A DNA stretch of 64,000 nt, taken from the NCBI GenBank assembly GCA_963716175.1, contig OY970296.1:768001-832000 (forward strand), written 5' to 3'. A program made the position numbers and the translations under genes. How positions within the stretch are numbered: the stretch's first letter is position 1; each line of letters begins with the position of its first letter. Source of the stretch: an uncultured Armatimonadetes bacterium. GTDB lineage: Bacteria; Armatimonadota; Hebobacteria; Hebobacterales; Hebobacteraceae. Below the pieces are notes generated by a model that was not told the DNA's origin, searched no databases, and was given only the letters and a program-made list of their open reading frames with translations. Shown here one piece after another: positions 63,264 to 64,000 of the stretch.

Positions 63264-64000
63264 TCATTCACCTCCGCCCAGGAGGCGCAGGCAGAGACAT
63301 TCCAGGGAAAGGTCTATGTTGGCATTCCGCTCGATTTGCTGCCGGGTGGCCAGGATCGCCTCGATCGCCGCCTCTGCTTGCCAGCAGGGAAGCGACCCAG
63401 AGGCGCGGCTGATCGCCGTCCCGAAGTCGCCATTCACGAGAGCGGCCCCCTCGGCCGCGGCCAGGCAGTCCCGGTACCAGGAGGCCATCACCTCCAGGCA
63501 CCAGGGCAGCTCCGCGCGGAGCGCCCGGTCTGACACCGGCCTCCAGCCAGAAGCGAGCCCCTCCTCCGCTTCCTCCTCGTCGCCCTCCTCTGAGGCCTCC
63601 TGTCTGCCGGCCTGCGCCAGGCCGGCCCCCAGCAGTCTGACCTCCTCCGCCATGCGCAGGCCGGCCGAGACTGGCTGCCGCTCCAGGTCGGCGCAGAGAT
63701 CCAGGAGGGCCTTGCGAGTGGCCAGCACCTCGGGTTGCCGCGCGGCGCGCAGGGCCCAGCCCACCCGCCCGCCGGAGAGCCGCGCCAGCCAGGCCGCCGC
63801 CTCGGCTTCAGTTCCCAGCGCCAGCAGGCGCTCCTCGATCGCCGCCGTCCCCGCCAACTGGAAGGCCACCTGCTGGCAGCGGGAGAGCACGGTCGGCAGC
63901 AGCATGGAGGGGTGGGAGGTGACCAGGACCAGCACCACGTGCGGCGGGGCATCCTCCAGCACTCGCAGCAGCGCGTTCGCCGCCTCCGCGCTCATGCGGT
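63264..64000 (-). CDS. holB: DNA polymerase III delta' subunit, 5'-partial
   Basis: MSAEAANALLRVLEDAPP..LLPTVLSRCQ..ARLSGG..NAN..L.LE. Confidence 0.88.
   Translation of the reverse strand, partial: RMSAEAANALLRVLEDAPPHVVLVLVTSHPSMLLPTVLSRCQQVAFQLAGTAAIEERLLALGTEAEAAAWLARLSGGRVGWALRAARQPEVLATRKALLDLCADLERQPVSAGLRMAEEVRLLGAGLAQAGRQEASEEGDEEEAEEGLASGWRPVSDRALRAELPWCLEVMASWYRDCLAAAEGAALVNGDFGTAISRASGSLPCWQAEAAIEAILATRQQIERNANIDLSLECLCLRLLGGGE

Overview
GC-rich bacterial DNA; the SLH-anchored and FG-GAP-rich secreted proteins are Armatimonadota-like, but that is an inference. The left part (1-21.7 kb) is accessory DNA: IS21 and other element remnants, a trypsin-TPR protein, an ankyrin membrane protein, a secreted apiosidase-like/FG-GAP cluster, a frameshifted IS110, an M23/PKD gene, a Gfo/Idh/MocA oxidoreductase and tRNA-Phe. 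From about 21.83 to 61.26 kb lies a probable 39-kb integrative element inserted in the 3' end of tRNA-fMet, with a large serine recombinase that reads into the tRNA. Its cargo is a CAAX protease, a five-gene DUF4357/Mrr_N-HNH-ComM-HhH-like-PD-(D/E)XK cluster, a two-methylase plus HNH RM-like locus, another HNH, a Xer-like recombinase and an SLH propeller protein. Its phage-like core has two hypotheticals, a sigma factor, a primase-helicase, an iteron-like origin, a ParB-methylase and a TerS-like gene, with no capsid genes. htrA and partial holB follow. Best leads: (1) an IS110 whose two copies both sit inside Shine-Dalgarno sequences and whose joined ends form a perfect TTGACA-N17-TATAAT promoter ahead of a structured bridge-RNA-like leader; (2) a four-copy promoter motif probably read by the element's own sigma factor; (3) an att site inside the integrase gene that would swap its C-terminus; (4) a ComM-centred candidate defence operon; (5) a dispersed hairpin repeat family.
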